In this document: positions 18,567-27,337 of the stretch, piece by piece
Layout of the letters: every line of letters starts with the position of its first letter
Numbering within the stretch: position 1 is the stretch's first letter
NCBI GenBank assembly: GCA_023657465.1
Contig: JAGTJX010000004.1
Span: 154,904 to 218,903, forward strand
Source of the DNA: Lysobacteraceae bacterium
Lineage (GTDB): Bacteria > Bdellovibrionota > UBA1018 > JAGTJX01
Direction: 5' to 3'
DNA length: 64,000 nucleotides
Made by a program: the position numbers and the translations under genes
The notes under the pieces: model-generated
Databases searched by the model: none
What the model was told of the DNA's origin: nothing
What the model saw: only the letters and a program-made list of their open reading frames with translations

Positions 18567-18738
18567 CAATACCAATACTCCCAATAAGCGGTTTAGTAAG
18601 TTTGGCGTCTTTTAAAACCCAGTCTACCGGATTAAATGGAAAATACTTCATAGAGGTTGGGTGGTTGAATTTGGAGCGTTAATCCATAGAAATGGAAGCG
18701 CCCGAAAGTTATTTACCTTCAGGCGTTCGTGATTTTTT
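18567..18738 (+). repeat. Intergenic repeat family copy R2 (5' module plus core plus hairpin)
   Basis: CCAATACTCCCAATAAGCGGTTTAGTAAGTTTGGCG is followed by the core TACCGGATTAAATGGA at 18625-18640, then GGGTGG..GGAGCGTT..TCCATAGAAATGGAAGCGCCCGAAAGT, ending GATTTTTT. Confidence 0.8.
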
Positions 18739-18760
18739 CATTAATATGAGCAGTTGGTGC

Positions 18761-19690
18761 TCAGGGTTTCACATCTTCTCCAATTTCCAGAATTTCAGCA
18801 TCATAGATGGTCTCGCTCATTAGATCGGGAAAATTGGTGATTGAATTACCGTATTCCTTGGAGCCAGGTAAGACACGTACTTGAATCTGTTGATCAGCGA
18901 CTTGGCTCGAAAGTTCGTAATCACGAATCAAAACTTTAACCATGTTTATTTTGGAGTCCGGCATTGGAAATGTTAAGTCTAACTTGTGTTGTGAGCCATC
19001 CAATTTAGGTAGCGTATTCAGCTGTTGGTTATAAAAATACTCATTAAGATCCTTTTTGTTTTGTTCAGAAAGATCTGCAGTTAAATGGATTTCAGAAACC
19101 GGCGGTAAGATACTACTTAGCATTTGTTTCCAAGTATCCGGTAGGAAGCTTTGGTCTGATTTCAGGTCAAAGGCAATAAATAGTTTCTCACCGTTGGTTC
19201 CCGTTAATTTATTCACACGAAGATGATCAATTAAGCCACTTGTACCTGGCTCGGGGAGGGAAAATAAAAGCATCGTGAGAAACGTGTAATTTGTTTTACC
19301 ATTTTTCTTAAGGAGCCCATTAGTTTTCTGTTTTTCCCATTCAGCAATTTTAGTGTTCTGAGTTTCAATGGTATTTGTCTGAGTGACTTTGGCAGTACAC
19401 TGGCCGACTGGAGGTATGATGTTTCCAGGATTTTTTGGATCTACGCCGTGAATATAACCTTCGTTTGTATTATCCTCTAAATCATCTTTTAGATCAGCAA
19501 CGCGAGTGGAATCGTTCATTGGACGTTTATCATTAATGTTGATCCTGTTCAAAACGTCATAGGGCAATTGAAGAAATATGGGTGACTCGCATTGAAAGTT
19601 TTTGAATTCAGTCTTTTGATGAACTTTGACGTGTTCCCCAGCATTTGCTGTGAGCGATACAAGGCATGTAAATATTAATACCTGCTTCAT
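18761..19690 (-). CDS. Secreted hypothetical protein
   Basis: Signal peptide MKQVLIFTCLVSLTANA (start moved to M6 of the track ORF). I recognise no domain. Confidence 0.5.
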   Translation of the reverse strand: MKQVLIFTCLVSLTANAGEHVKVHQKTEFKNFQCESPIFLQLPYDVLNRININDKRPMNDSTRVADLKDDLEDNTNEGYIHGVDPKNPGNIIPPVGQCTAKVTQTNTIETQNTKIAEWEKQKTNGLLKKNGKTNYTFLTMLLFSLPEPGTSGLIDHLRVNKLTGTNGEKLFIAFDLKSDQSFLPDTWKQMLSSILPPVSEIHLTADLSEQNKKDLNEYFYNQQLNTLPKLDGSQHKLDLTFPMPDSKINMVKVLIRDYELSSQVADQQIQVRVLPGSKEYGNSITNFPDLMSETIYDAEILEIGEDVKP

Positions 19691-19783
19691 AAAAATTCCT
19701 TCCACTCTAAATCCAATGGTTACCGAGCATTGTCCGAACCAAAACTCTTCAAATTAACAAGCAAATCAAACGTGTCTAATATT

Positions 19784-19806
19784 GCTCTATAGAGCACATA
19801 ATGTGC
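19784..19806. promoter_or_regulatory. Overlapping palindromes GCTCTATAGAGC and GCACAtaaTGTGC upstream of brnT
   Basis: Perfect 12-bp and 5+5 palindromes sit in the divergent intergenic region 19706-19953. They are candidate operator sites. Confidence 0.3.
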
Positions 19807-19918
19807 CAGGTTTTGCAGAGGTCTTTAGTGGGTAAAATTGAGAAGCAGGTTTGAACCCTGCCTATACCTAGAACAGCTGTCCAATGATTAGTCGGTCCAA
19901 ATATGCTTTATATGCTGC

Positions 19919-19947
19919 TTGACAATTGAGTACAAAAGGCACACAAT
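19919..19947 (+). promoter_or_regulatory. Promoter of brnTA (leaderless)
   Basis: TTGACA at 19919-19924, 17 bp, then CACAAT at 19942-19947; the ATG at 19954 lies 7 nt after the -10. Confidence 0.45.
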
Positions 19948-19953
19948 AGATTC

Positions 19954-20223
19954 ATGAGCTTTAAGTGGGATGAGGCTAAGAACAAGAAGCTAGCCGCTCA
20001 GGGCAGACCGGGATTTGAATTTTTCGTAGAGGCCTTTGATGAAGGGCTTATTTATTTCGAAGGCGAGAATACAAAACGTCCGGGACAGGGTGTTTTTGTC
20101 GTGATCATTAATGAGTATGCTCACGTAGTGCCTTATGAAGACAGAGGAGATCATCTCTTTTTAAGAACACTTTATCCATCCCGTAAGTGGCAGGTAGTAT
20201 ATGAAAAGGAGCAGAAGAAATGA
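19954..20223 (+). CDS. brnT: BrnT-family (DUF497, RelE/ParE-fold) toxin
   Basis: FKWDEAKNKKL...FEFFVEAF at the N-terminus and LFLRTLYPSRK at the C-terminus match DUF497. Its stop overlaps the next start (ATGA). Confidence 0.75.
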   Translation: MSFKWDEAKNKKLAAQGRPGFEFFVEAFDEGLIYFEGENTKRPGQGVFVVIINEYAHVVPYEDRGDHLFLRTLYPSRKWQVVYEKEQKK

Positions 20224-20531
20224 AAAATGCGAATAAAAAGACTTTAGCTGGATATGATCCAAAAAAAGTTAAGCTTTCTCGTGATGAGCAAGAGTTTGAA
20301 GACAACCTTGTGATCGCTGATTATTCTTCTAAGAGCTCAAAATCTGAACGTATGAACATTCGTTTGCCAGAAGAGGACTTGCTCAAGTTACAAAAGCTAG
20401 CGCTCAAGCATGGACTTCCCTACCAAACCTTAGTGGGCTCAGTGATTCATCGCTACGTTACTGATCAGTTGGTGGATTTAGAGGAAGCCAAAAAAATCCT
20501 TGCTGCGCCTCCTGCTAAAAAGAGAGCTTAG
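20220..20531 (+). CDS. brnA: BrnA-family antitoxin (RHH-like)
   Basis: MNIRLPEEDLLKLQKLALKHGLPYQTLVGSVIHRYV matches the BrnA consensus. Confidence 0.75.
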   Translation: MKNANKKTLAGYDPKKVKLSRDEQEFEDNLVIADYSSKSSKSERMNIRLPEEDLLKLQKLALKHGLPYQTLVGSVIHRYVTDQLVDLEEAKKILAAPPAKKRA

Positions 20532-20535
20532 ATTT

Positions 20536-20627
20536 TTACAGGAAATAACGTTCCAAACTTTGAAGCTGGTTTCTATTAAAGAATTGCCAATATTCCCATT
20601 AAGCTTTTTAGTTGATTTGGCGCTCAA
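20536..20627 (+). repeat. Intergenic repeat family copy R3 (5' module only)
   Basis: AAATAACGTTCCAAACTTTGAAGCTGGTTTCTATTAAAGAATTGCCAATATTCCCATTAAGCTTTTTAGTTGATTTGGCG is near-identical to 58812-58875 and related to segments of R2 and R5. It starts 5 nt after the brnA stop. Confidence 0.7.
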
Positions 20628-21488
20628 CTACTTCTTCCGGATTTCTTTGTAATAACCCTTTTCATAAATCTTCATGATCACTCTTTCCGTGAGAAGGGTG
20701 TCGAGACCTTTGCCACCTTGTTCGCGGATCATTTTGCGAGCCTCACTGCTACTGCCAGGCAACACAGATTCATCTTGAATGAAGATATCAGGCTTCGTAG
20801 AATCGTTGTTCTTGTATTGTACAGACTTACCATCGGTAGAGCGTGTGTAGCCTGCGAGAAAATCTGCAGGAAGCTTGGTGCTCACATCGAGAGTCATTGC
20901 AGTCACATCACCTCTAGGAATGAGCACCCAATGGGTAAGCGCGAAGAGTTCCTTCCAGTTTGGCCAAGTCGTAATACTGTTTAAAACATCCGTGCCCGCA
21001 ACCCAGAACAGATTCCTGGCACCGTTGGGATAAATTTCATTCAATCTCTTCAAAGTTTTGGAAGTGTCTTCGAAGATCTTCTCTTTGTATTCAAGATCAG
21101 ATGGACAGAGGTGGAAGACCTTAGCGGAGAGCTCTACCCATTCAGCACATCCATCAGTGGTGATATTGAATTCACTGTAAGGGATCTCTTCTAGCTTTAG
21201 AATCTGTGGCATGTCTTCCATAGCAAGTTTTGTGAGTTCGAGGTTCACGCCATTATTCTCTGATTCTTTCTTATAAGGCATCGCAACCATGAGAGTGCTC
21301 TCAAAGAAGTCTTCTCTGTGCATGAGTCTAGTAATCAGACGTAGATGTGACTTCGTCGGAGGATCGAAACTTCCTCCGAAAATAACATGAGTTTGAGAGG
21401 GAGCATCAGCTAGAGATGATGCTTTCTTAGGTATTGAGCTACAACTGGAAAGCGAAATGATGAGAAGTAAAAAATTTATTTTAGCCAT
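20628..21488 (-). CDS. NadD-family (cytidylyltransferase-fold) nucleotidyltransferase paralog with an N-terminal lipoprotein signal peptide
   Basis: Motifs IFGGSFDPPTKSHLRLI (HxGH region), WVAGTDVLNSITTWPNWKEL and IFIQDESVLPGSSSEARKMI all align to NadD. The N-terminus MAKINFLLLIISLSSC has a lipobox LSSC, and no alternative internal start exists. Confidence 0.65.
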   Translation of the reverse strand: MAKINFLLLIISLSSCSSIPKKASSLADAPSQTHVIFGGSFDPPTKSHLRLITRLMHREDFFESTLMVAMPYKKESENNGVNLELTKLAMEDMPQILKLEEIPYSEFNITTDGCAEWVELSAKVFHLCPSDLEYKEKIFEDTSKTLKRLNEIYPNGARNLFWVAGTDVLNSITTWPNWKELFALTHWVLIPRGDVTAMTLDVSTKLPADFLAGYTRSTDGKSVQYKNNDSTKPDIFIQDESVLPGSSSEARKMIREQGGKGLDTLLTERVIMKIYEKGYYKEIRKK

Positions 21489-22333
21489 TGTCTTACAGGT
21501 TCAACCCAAGCGTAGATGATGAAAAACCAAAACGACATGCGAGCAATGAGATCCCATCGCTTAGTCCTTAAATAGAGAAATGCGAAGAAGAGATGAAATG
21601 CTACTTGAGTCGTAGCAACAGGAATCCACCATCCCGTAAGTATCGATAATGCAATCATTACGGTAGAGATCAGAATCATAGCAACCCAAGTGCGTTCTGC
21701 ACCGATGAGTGAATGATAGTTCTTCAAGATCGAGTGACTGTGAGGATCGAGATTCTTCACGAGTTCTCTATTCATGAGTGTGAGTGCAAATATGCCACCG
21801 ACACCGATGATTTTTTCTTCGTTGATCATCGTCGGTTGAAACGCCGCCACAGAGAAGAGAGTGATCGGAAACAAAACACAATGATCTAAGAAGGAGTGAA
21901 TGAAGGGATGTCCTGAGAGAATGTGTCGGAGGAAATAGTTTTTACCCGCGATTCCCATCCAGGCACCCATCGCTAGGAGAGCGAGTCCAGCAGTAGAAAA
22001 CTCAAGAATGAAAAGGACGATGCCGAAAACCATAAGCCCCGCCCAGCAGAACCAGCGCGCAGCCTTAAGGTCGTTGAGTCTCACAATGCTACGAGCGAGT
22101 GGTTTCTGATGTTGGGTGCGTTGAACGTCTTGGAGATAGTCCCTGGTATCGATCTGTAGCCTAGCTAGAAAAAGAAAAAGCGTAATCCCAATCACCGATA
22201 TAATCGTTTCGGGAATTCCCATCGGGCTCAATTGGAGTCCAGCTCCAGTTAAAACGAGGCCTGCAATGAGGGGAATTTGCTCTTGGAGCGGAAATCGCTT
22301 AATGATGTACCGAGTCCAAGGTTTCACAGTCAC
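21476..22333 (-). CDS. Polytopic membrane protein, possibly a UbiA-family prenyltransferase
   Basis: About 8 TM segments and an Asp-rich motif IDTRDYLQD (DxxDxxxD) after TM2. Its GTG start is uncertain. It overlaps the start of the downstream NadD-like gene by 13 nt, suggesting an operon. Confidence 0.4.
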   Translation of the reverse strand: MTVKPWTRYIIKRFPLQEQIPLIAGLVLTGAGLQLSPMGIPETIISVIGITLFLFLARLQIDTRDYLQDVQRTQHQKPLARSIVRLNDLKAARWFCWAGLMVFGIVLFILEFSTAGLALLAMGAWMGIAGKNYFLRHILSGHPFIHSFLDHCVLFPITLFSVAAFQPTMINEEKIIGVGGIFALTLMNRELVKNLDPHSHSILKNYHSLIGAERTWVAMILISTVMIALSILTGWWIPVATTQVAFHLFFAFLYLRTKRWDLIARMSFWFFIIYAWVEPVRQWLK

Positions 22334-22341
22334 TTAATTTT

Positions 22342-23370
22342 ATGAGTATTTCTGCAATGAATCAAGATTTTTGGATAAAAGACGGAAAACCTGCACTCTT
22401 ACTCGCTCCGATGGAGGGTGTAACTGACGGTCCGATGAGATCGTTTTTCTCTGAAACACAGGCATTTACCCACTTAGTGACTGAATTCCTCCGAGTGAAT
22501 GACTCTCTCTACGGTGATCATGTGTTTCGTAGACACGCACCTGAATCTTCCAATGAATTCCGCACGAGATATGGAACTCCCGTCATTCTGCAGCTACTCG
22601 GTGGCGATGCTCAGAGATTAGCCGAGAACGCAGAAGCTGGAGTGAAGTGTGGAGCACGAGCAATTGATCTGAACTTCGGATGTCCTGCTCCTACTGTGAA
22701 CAGACATGATGGAGGCGCGACTCTGCTCAAGTATCCCGATCGCTTAAAAAATATTGTGAGGACTGTGAGAGATGCAATCCCAGCGCATATTCCCGTGTCC
22801 GCTAAGATGCGACTCGGTTGGGACAATATCAATGATGTGGATCGAAACTTCGATGCACTCATTGAAGGTGGAGTAAGCTCAGTCACCATTCATGGTCGCA
22901 CTAAGATTCAAGGCTACAAACCGCCAGCGTACTGGGAACCGATTGGTAGAATCCGTGCACGATCACCGATTCCAATTATTGCAAATGGAGAGATCTGGAC
23001 GTTTGAAGATTTTCTCCGTTGCCAAGATCAGACAGGATGCACGCACTACATGTTAGGTCGTGGAGCGCTTGCAGATCCAGGATTACCTGTGAGAGTCGCA
23101 AGAGCGCTAGGAATTGAGAGTGTCGCTTCAGTTCCGAAAGCTCAATTATTCGAAGATACCTATAATTCTCTCGACGCATCAGCATGGGTTCCACTCATCG
23201 AGAAGTTCTCGCGCGAGAGTGCCAAAATTTTTCCAAGTGAAGATTACACCGTCAGACGAGTGAAACAATGGATTAATCTCAGCCGCTTTGGCAGAAAGTT
23301 TCCATGGTTTGATCAGATTAAGACTGAGCTGAGTGTAGAATGTATTTTAAATAGGATGGTTGCTATGTAA
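22342..23370 (+). CDS. dus: tRNA-dihydrouridine synthase
   Basis: LAPMEGVTDGPMR FMN-binding motif and a TIM-barrel Dus family profile. Confidence 0.85.
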   Translation: MSISAMNQDFWIKDGKPALLLAPMEGVTDGPMRSFFSETQAFTHLVTEFLRVNDSLYGDHVFRRHAPESSNEFRTRYGTPVILQLLGGDAQRLAENAEAGVKCGARAIDLNFGCPAPTVNRHDGGATLLKYPDRLKNIVRTVRDAIPAHIPVSAKMRLGWDNINDVDRNFDALIEGGVSSVTIHGRTKIQGYKPPAYWEPIGRIRARSPIPIIANGEIWTFEDFLRCQDQTGCTHYMLGRGALADPGLPVRVARALGIESVASVPKAQLFEDTYNSLDASAWVPLIEKFSRESAKIFPSEDYTVRRVKQWINLSRFGRKFPWFDQIKTELSVECILNRMVAM

Positions 23371-23432
23371 CTATAAAAAAGATCAAGTTATGGCATTCAC
23401 AGAAGTCTGTGACCTAAGTAAGTTGATGTTTT

Positions 23433-24086
23433 TTAAACTTGGCCGTTCATCCAAGTGAGTTTGGCGTAGACGATCAATGTGATGAATAGGAAAATCCCAA
23501 TCCAACTCCAGTAAGCTTCCATGGCTTTGTTTTTCTTAGCGACTTTCAATGAGAAGGAAAATGCTTCTTCGTTTGAATTGAGATTACGTAGTGAGCGAAT
23601 GCTTGCAGGTTTACCAAACCCAACAAATCTAGGAACAAGTGAACAATACTTCTTGTAGGAGTCGCCGAAATATCCAATTAGTTTGGTTTCTTCAAATTCG
23701 ATGACGACGTCATAAACAAAAAAGAAAAACAGAGTGAGGGATACGCCAATGATCCAAGCATTCACAGAGACTACTCCACCCAGAGCAATGAGGAATGTTC
23801 CTAAGTAAAGTGGGTTACGTGTGAAGCGGTAAGGTCCACCGACAGAGAGGCTCGAGTCTTTGCGAAGGAAACCTGAAGCCCAGAATCTAAGTGTTGCACC
23901 CAAGAAGCCAATAGCGATGCCCAGTTTGTTTGGATATTGATTGGCAACTAATACTAACCAAACAGAAAACACCCATGCGATCAAAACGCGAACGCGACCT
24001 GAGAGGCTTTCGTTAACGATTTTTCGGAGTTGTTTGATAGCGGCCATAACCGTTCTGAATCTCCCAGATTTTGATGTGTCTGACAA
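23433..24086 (-). CDS. Isoprenylcysteine carboxyl methyltransferase (ICMT/PEMT)-family membrane methyltransferase
   Basis: GPYRFTRNPLYLG signature. The start is uncertain because the track ORF overlaps the upstream GT2 gene by 74 nt. Confidence 0.7.
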   Translation of the reverse strand: MSDTSKSGRFRTVMAAIKQLRKIVNESLSGRVRVLIAWVFSVWLVLVANQYPNKLGIAIGFLGATLRFWASGFLRKDSSLSVGGPYRFTRNPLYLGTFLIALGGVVSVNAWIIGVSLTLFFFFVYDVVIEFEETKLIGYFGDSYKKYCSLVPRFVGFGKPASIRSLRNLNSNEEAFSFSLKVAKKNKAMEAYWSWIGIFLFITLIVYAKLTWMNGQV

Positions 24087-24819
24087 CTCTGTAAACTGCT
24101 TCTAGTAAACTGATGATGACCCCGTGCATCCCGTCTCGGTAGGATTTGTAATAAAACAAATGCTTCAAAAACATGTGAGGAAACGAAAGGCTGAGCCTGA
24201 AAATATTAGTTCTGAGGCCACCTGCCACGTCTTCTTCTGCTTGAAGTGTAGAGTAACGATTGAGTTTGAATAAGAATTTGTCTGTATCCAAGTACAGGTC
24301 ATGATTGCAACCTTCTTGTAAGTAAACGGGCTCAGCAGGATGAACGAGGCGTTCGTGTATGCCACCTTCGAAGTGACAGTTTTTCTTGTTGTAGAAACGG
24401 TCGTGATAGATCGGGTTCCACATTCCGTATTTGATCTTCTTACCTAAGAAATACTCGAAGCGATAAATTCTGTAGCGAGTGTGCTCAGGGCCGCCATCAC
24501 GAGAACGCAACACTTCAATCTTAGCGATGAGCTCAGGTGTGCACTCTTCATCCGCATCTGCAAAATAAACCCAGTCATGTTTTGCAGCTTTAAGAGCTAC
24601 GTTTCTTTGTTCAGAGAATCCAAGCCAGGCTTGGGTGATGAAGCAAAGCTTGCCACTCCAAGCTTTTCCGGAAGCTTCACAGAGTTGTTTGGTTTTGTCA
24701 GTGCTCTCTGAATCTACTACTATGATCTCGTCTGCCCAAGTAAGAGACTGAAGGCATCGCTCGATATAGCGTTCTTCGTTACGAGTAATGATCAGAGCGG
24801 AGACAGGAGTTTTGCTCAT
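24013..24819 (-). CDS. Family 2 glycosyltransferase
   Basis: SALIITRNEE...VVDSESTD...DADE GT-A fold motifs. The start was moved to MSKTPVS at 24819. Confidence 0.75.
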   Translation of the reverse strand: MSKTPVSALIITRNEERYIERCLQSLTWADEIIVVDSESTDKTKQLCEASGKAWSGKLCFITQAWLGFSEQRNVALKAAKHDWVYFADADEECTPELIAKIEVLRSRDGGPEHTRYRIYRFEYFLGKKIKYGMWNPIYHDRFYNKKNCHFEGGIHERLVHPAEPVYLQEGCNHDLYLDTDKFLFKLNRYSTLQAEEDVAGGLRTNIFRLSLSFPHMFLKHLFYYKSYRDGMHGVIISLLEAVYRVVRHIKIWEIQNGYGRYQTTPKNR

Positions 24820-24823
24820 GAGT

Positions 24824-25921
24824 TTATGTAGTGACTTTCCAGAATGCAGTGAGGATCTCGGTTGCAATGAGGAGAACGACGATCGTTTCAAGAATGAGGC
24901 TTCGTCCTGCGTGTACTTCAGCACTTAAGAGTTCTGAAACCCTGGCCATGAGATCCATCTTCTGAGTCACAGATTCTTGCCAGTCTCTGATTCTAAACTT
25001 GGCTGAAGCTCCGCGGAAAATAGTTGCGAGATAGAAGTCACCCACGACTTTAAGCGAGTTATCGATTCGCTCGATGAATTCTGAGAATTCGATAAACCTA
25101 GTGCTCGCTTCACGTGCGAGCTTCGAGAAGCTAGATTTGAAAATACTTCCTCTTGTCTTCTCAATTTCATCGTAGAGATCATAAAGTCTATCGTCGAGTA
25201 GATCGTCGTAGTATCGCATCTCCATCATTTGAGTGAGTGCGAATTCGAGAACTTCAGGGACTTCCTTCTTGCCTGAAGGTTCGTATACAATTGCGCTATT
25301 CCAATCGATGACTGCAAGATCATCAGCTGAATACTGGTAAACAGAGTCGAGAATCGATTGCTTGCTCTTCTCAGATGGTTTGAAATTATTCTCACCCATA
25401 ATGAGTGAAGGGATATCCACTTGATTGAGAAGATCAGAAGCTTGTTCAATGCCCTGTACTTTTTCTAGGAAGTAGATGATGTAATCTTCGAACTGATCCC
25501 AAGTGCGTGGTTTCTGAAGAGCAGGCTTCAGCATCTGAACGAGATCTTTGGATTTGTTTTTGGCGATCTCATCGATGGTTTGGTCAGACTCAAGATGTGC
25601 TGAGTACTCTATGAGCTTAGACCACTGAGTTCCTGGAATAATCGGAATTTGGAAAATCAGAGAGAGAACACCGTAGTCCCAAATCTTAGCGTAAACTTCT
25701 GATCTGATGTTCTGGCCTAGAAAGTTAAAGTCGATCTCCTGAATATTGAGAATCACTGGAGCGTTTTTCATCATGAGGGCATTACGAGGCCCTTTTTTGA
25801 GTTTGAGACGTTCGTTACTGATGGCTTCACTCAAGATCTTCTCAACGACCGAGAGGTTGACCTCTTCGGCAATATCAAATACTCGGTAAATGAGGATGGA
25901 TCCTTTTTCGACTGCGATCAT
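24824..25921 (-). CDS. Hypothetical protein (possibly RMD1/DUF155-like), C-terminal TM helix
   Basis: Protein-like ORF of 365 aa with no confident motif. Confidence 0.35.
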   Translation of the reverse strand: MIAVEKGSILIYRVFDIAEEVNLSVVEKILSEAISNERLKLKKGPRNALMMKNAPVILNIQEIDFNFLGQNIRSEVYAKIWDYGVLSLIFQIPIIPGTQWSKLIEYSAHLESDQTIDEIAKNKSKDLVQMLKPALQKPRTWDQFEDYIIYFLEKVQGIEQASDLLNQVDIPSLIMGENNFKPSEKSKQSILDSVYQYSADDLAVIDWNSAIVYEPSGKKEVPEVLEFALTQMMEMRYYDDLLDDRLYDLYDEIEKTRGSIFKSSFSKLAREASTRFIEFSEFIERIDNSLKVVGDFYLATIFRGASAKFRIRDWQESVTQKMDLMARVSELLSAEVHAGRSLILETIVVLLIATEILTAFWKVTT

Positions 25922-25939
25922 GTTATCGTTAGGAACTTT

Positions 25940-26713
25940 ATGATGAATCGAGTTCTGTTTAAACCTAAAAACTCAAACCAAGTTCATTGGAGCGCGCTAC
26001 GCGTTAATGGAGTAGATGCACGTGATTTTCTGCATCGCATGACAACTGTGAATATGCGTGAGCTTGAGGTGGGGAAGGCTGCAGAGGGATTGCTGCTCAC
26101 TCCGCAAGGTAAAATCCAAGCCTACTTCTATCTCTCGTGTTTGCGTGAAGGCGAGTATGTTCTCGAGTGCGATGCGGGTGCAAATGGGTTTTGGCTTCGC
26201 AATCTTAAGGAGAAACTCGAGTTTTATCACTTTGGGGAAAAGATTGAGTTCACAGTCTTGATCGGAGAGTATGAGTGGCGACTGGGATCAGGTTGGGACT
26301 CTGGAATTGGTGAGAACGAGATCAGTCCGATAGGTGATGGCTGGATAGTGCGTCATTCGGATTCAAAATTTGGCCAGGCTTGGGTGAGTGTTTATTCTCG
26401 TGGGAAAATCACTCGTTCTGAAGCTCTAGAAGTTTCGTGGAGTGATCTCAATGATTTGAGAGTGGAGAATGGCACAGCTTGGTGGGGAATCGAGATTCAG
26501 CCTGATTCTAATCCACTGGATCTCGCTCTTGTGAGTGCGATTGCGGATCAGAAGGGGTGTTATCCAGGACAAGAGGTGATCGAGAAGATCATTGCACTTG
26601 GGTCACCTGCTAAGCGTTTGTGTTTAGTAGTCGATGAGATCGGCGTGAAATCTCTCAGTGTATTATCCAAAACAAAAGCAGTTGTCGGCGGATCTATTCT
26701 GAAAGTTTTTTAA
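25940..26713 (+). CDS. ygfZ: YgfZ-family folate-binding protein (GcvT-like fold)
   Basis: C-terminal signature KGCYPGQE and a GcvT-like N-terminus. Confidence 0.7.
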   Translation: MMNRVLFKPKNSNQVHWSALRVNGVDARDFLHRMTTVNMRELEVGKAAEGLLLTPQGKIQAYFYLSCLREGEYVLECDAGANGFWLRNLKEKLEFYHFGEKIEFTVLIGEYEWRLGSGWDSGIGENEISPIGDGWIVRHSDSKFGQAWVSVYSRGKITRSEALEVSWSDLNDLRVENGTAWWGIEIQPDSNPLDLALVSAIADQKGCYPGQEVIEKIIALGSPAKRLCLVVDEIGVKSLSVLSKTKAVVGGSILKVF

Positions 26714-26822
26714 GACTGACCGTGTGTGCAATGCTTTTTCTTTTCAGGGTCTGATTGATTTATTAAATAAACAATGCTAGTAGAGTCATCATTCAGTAAC
26801 GAATTCATTCGAAGGGGATTTT

Positions 26823-27314
26823 ATGAAATTTAATTTATTAGTGTTATCAGCAGTAGTGAGTATGGCGTCTTCATCCGTGATGGCAGCTCCGTACTATGTC
26901 GATTCAATGAATTGTGTAGGTAAGATTCAAGGTGATCATTCACAAGTTCATCCTAGCTACACTTGGATGATTACGAAGTTCACTTCATTCTTGTCTAAGA
27001 AGAAATCAGGCGGCTACGGTGTTAGTCTCCGCATTGCAAACGATTATTCAAAAACTAAGTCTGGTCTTGATAAAGAGCCAGGCGCAGAAGTTTGGTACAC
27101 CTCTTCATTGCAGCTCCGTAATAATGTGGTCACAAGCCCAGATAGTGATTTTCAGTTCGTAATTAAAAAGGTTTTGAAAGGTGGACACTTTCTCAGAGGA
27201 CAATATAAGCCTAACAACTCAGTAGCAGGTAATGGATACTGGTATGACATATCATGTTTGTCTGAAGTGATTGATAAACCAACACGTGTTTCCGATCAAA
27301 CGAAGAAAGATTAA
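26823..27314 (+). CDS. Small secreted hypothetical protein
   Basis: Signal peptide MKFNLLVLSAVVSMASSSVMA. It appears AT-rich by eye. Confidence 0.45.
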   Translation: MKFNLLVLSAVVSMASSSVMAAPYYVDSMNCVGKIQGDHSQVHPSYTWMITKFTSFLSKKKSGGYGVSLRIANDYSKTKSGLDKEPGAEVWYTSSLQLRNNVVTSPDSDFQFVIKKVLKGGHFLRGQYKPNNSVAGNGYWYDISCLSEVIDKPTRVSDQTKKD

Positions 27315-27337
27315 ATAACAATTCGGTAAGTGAGATT

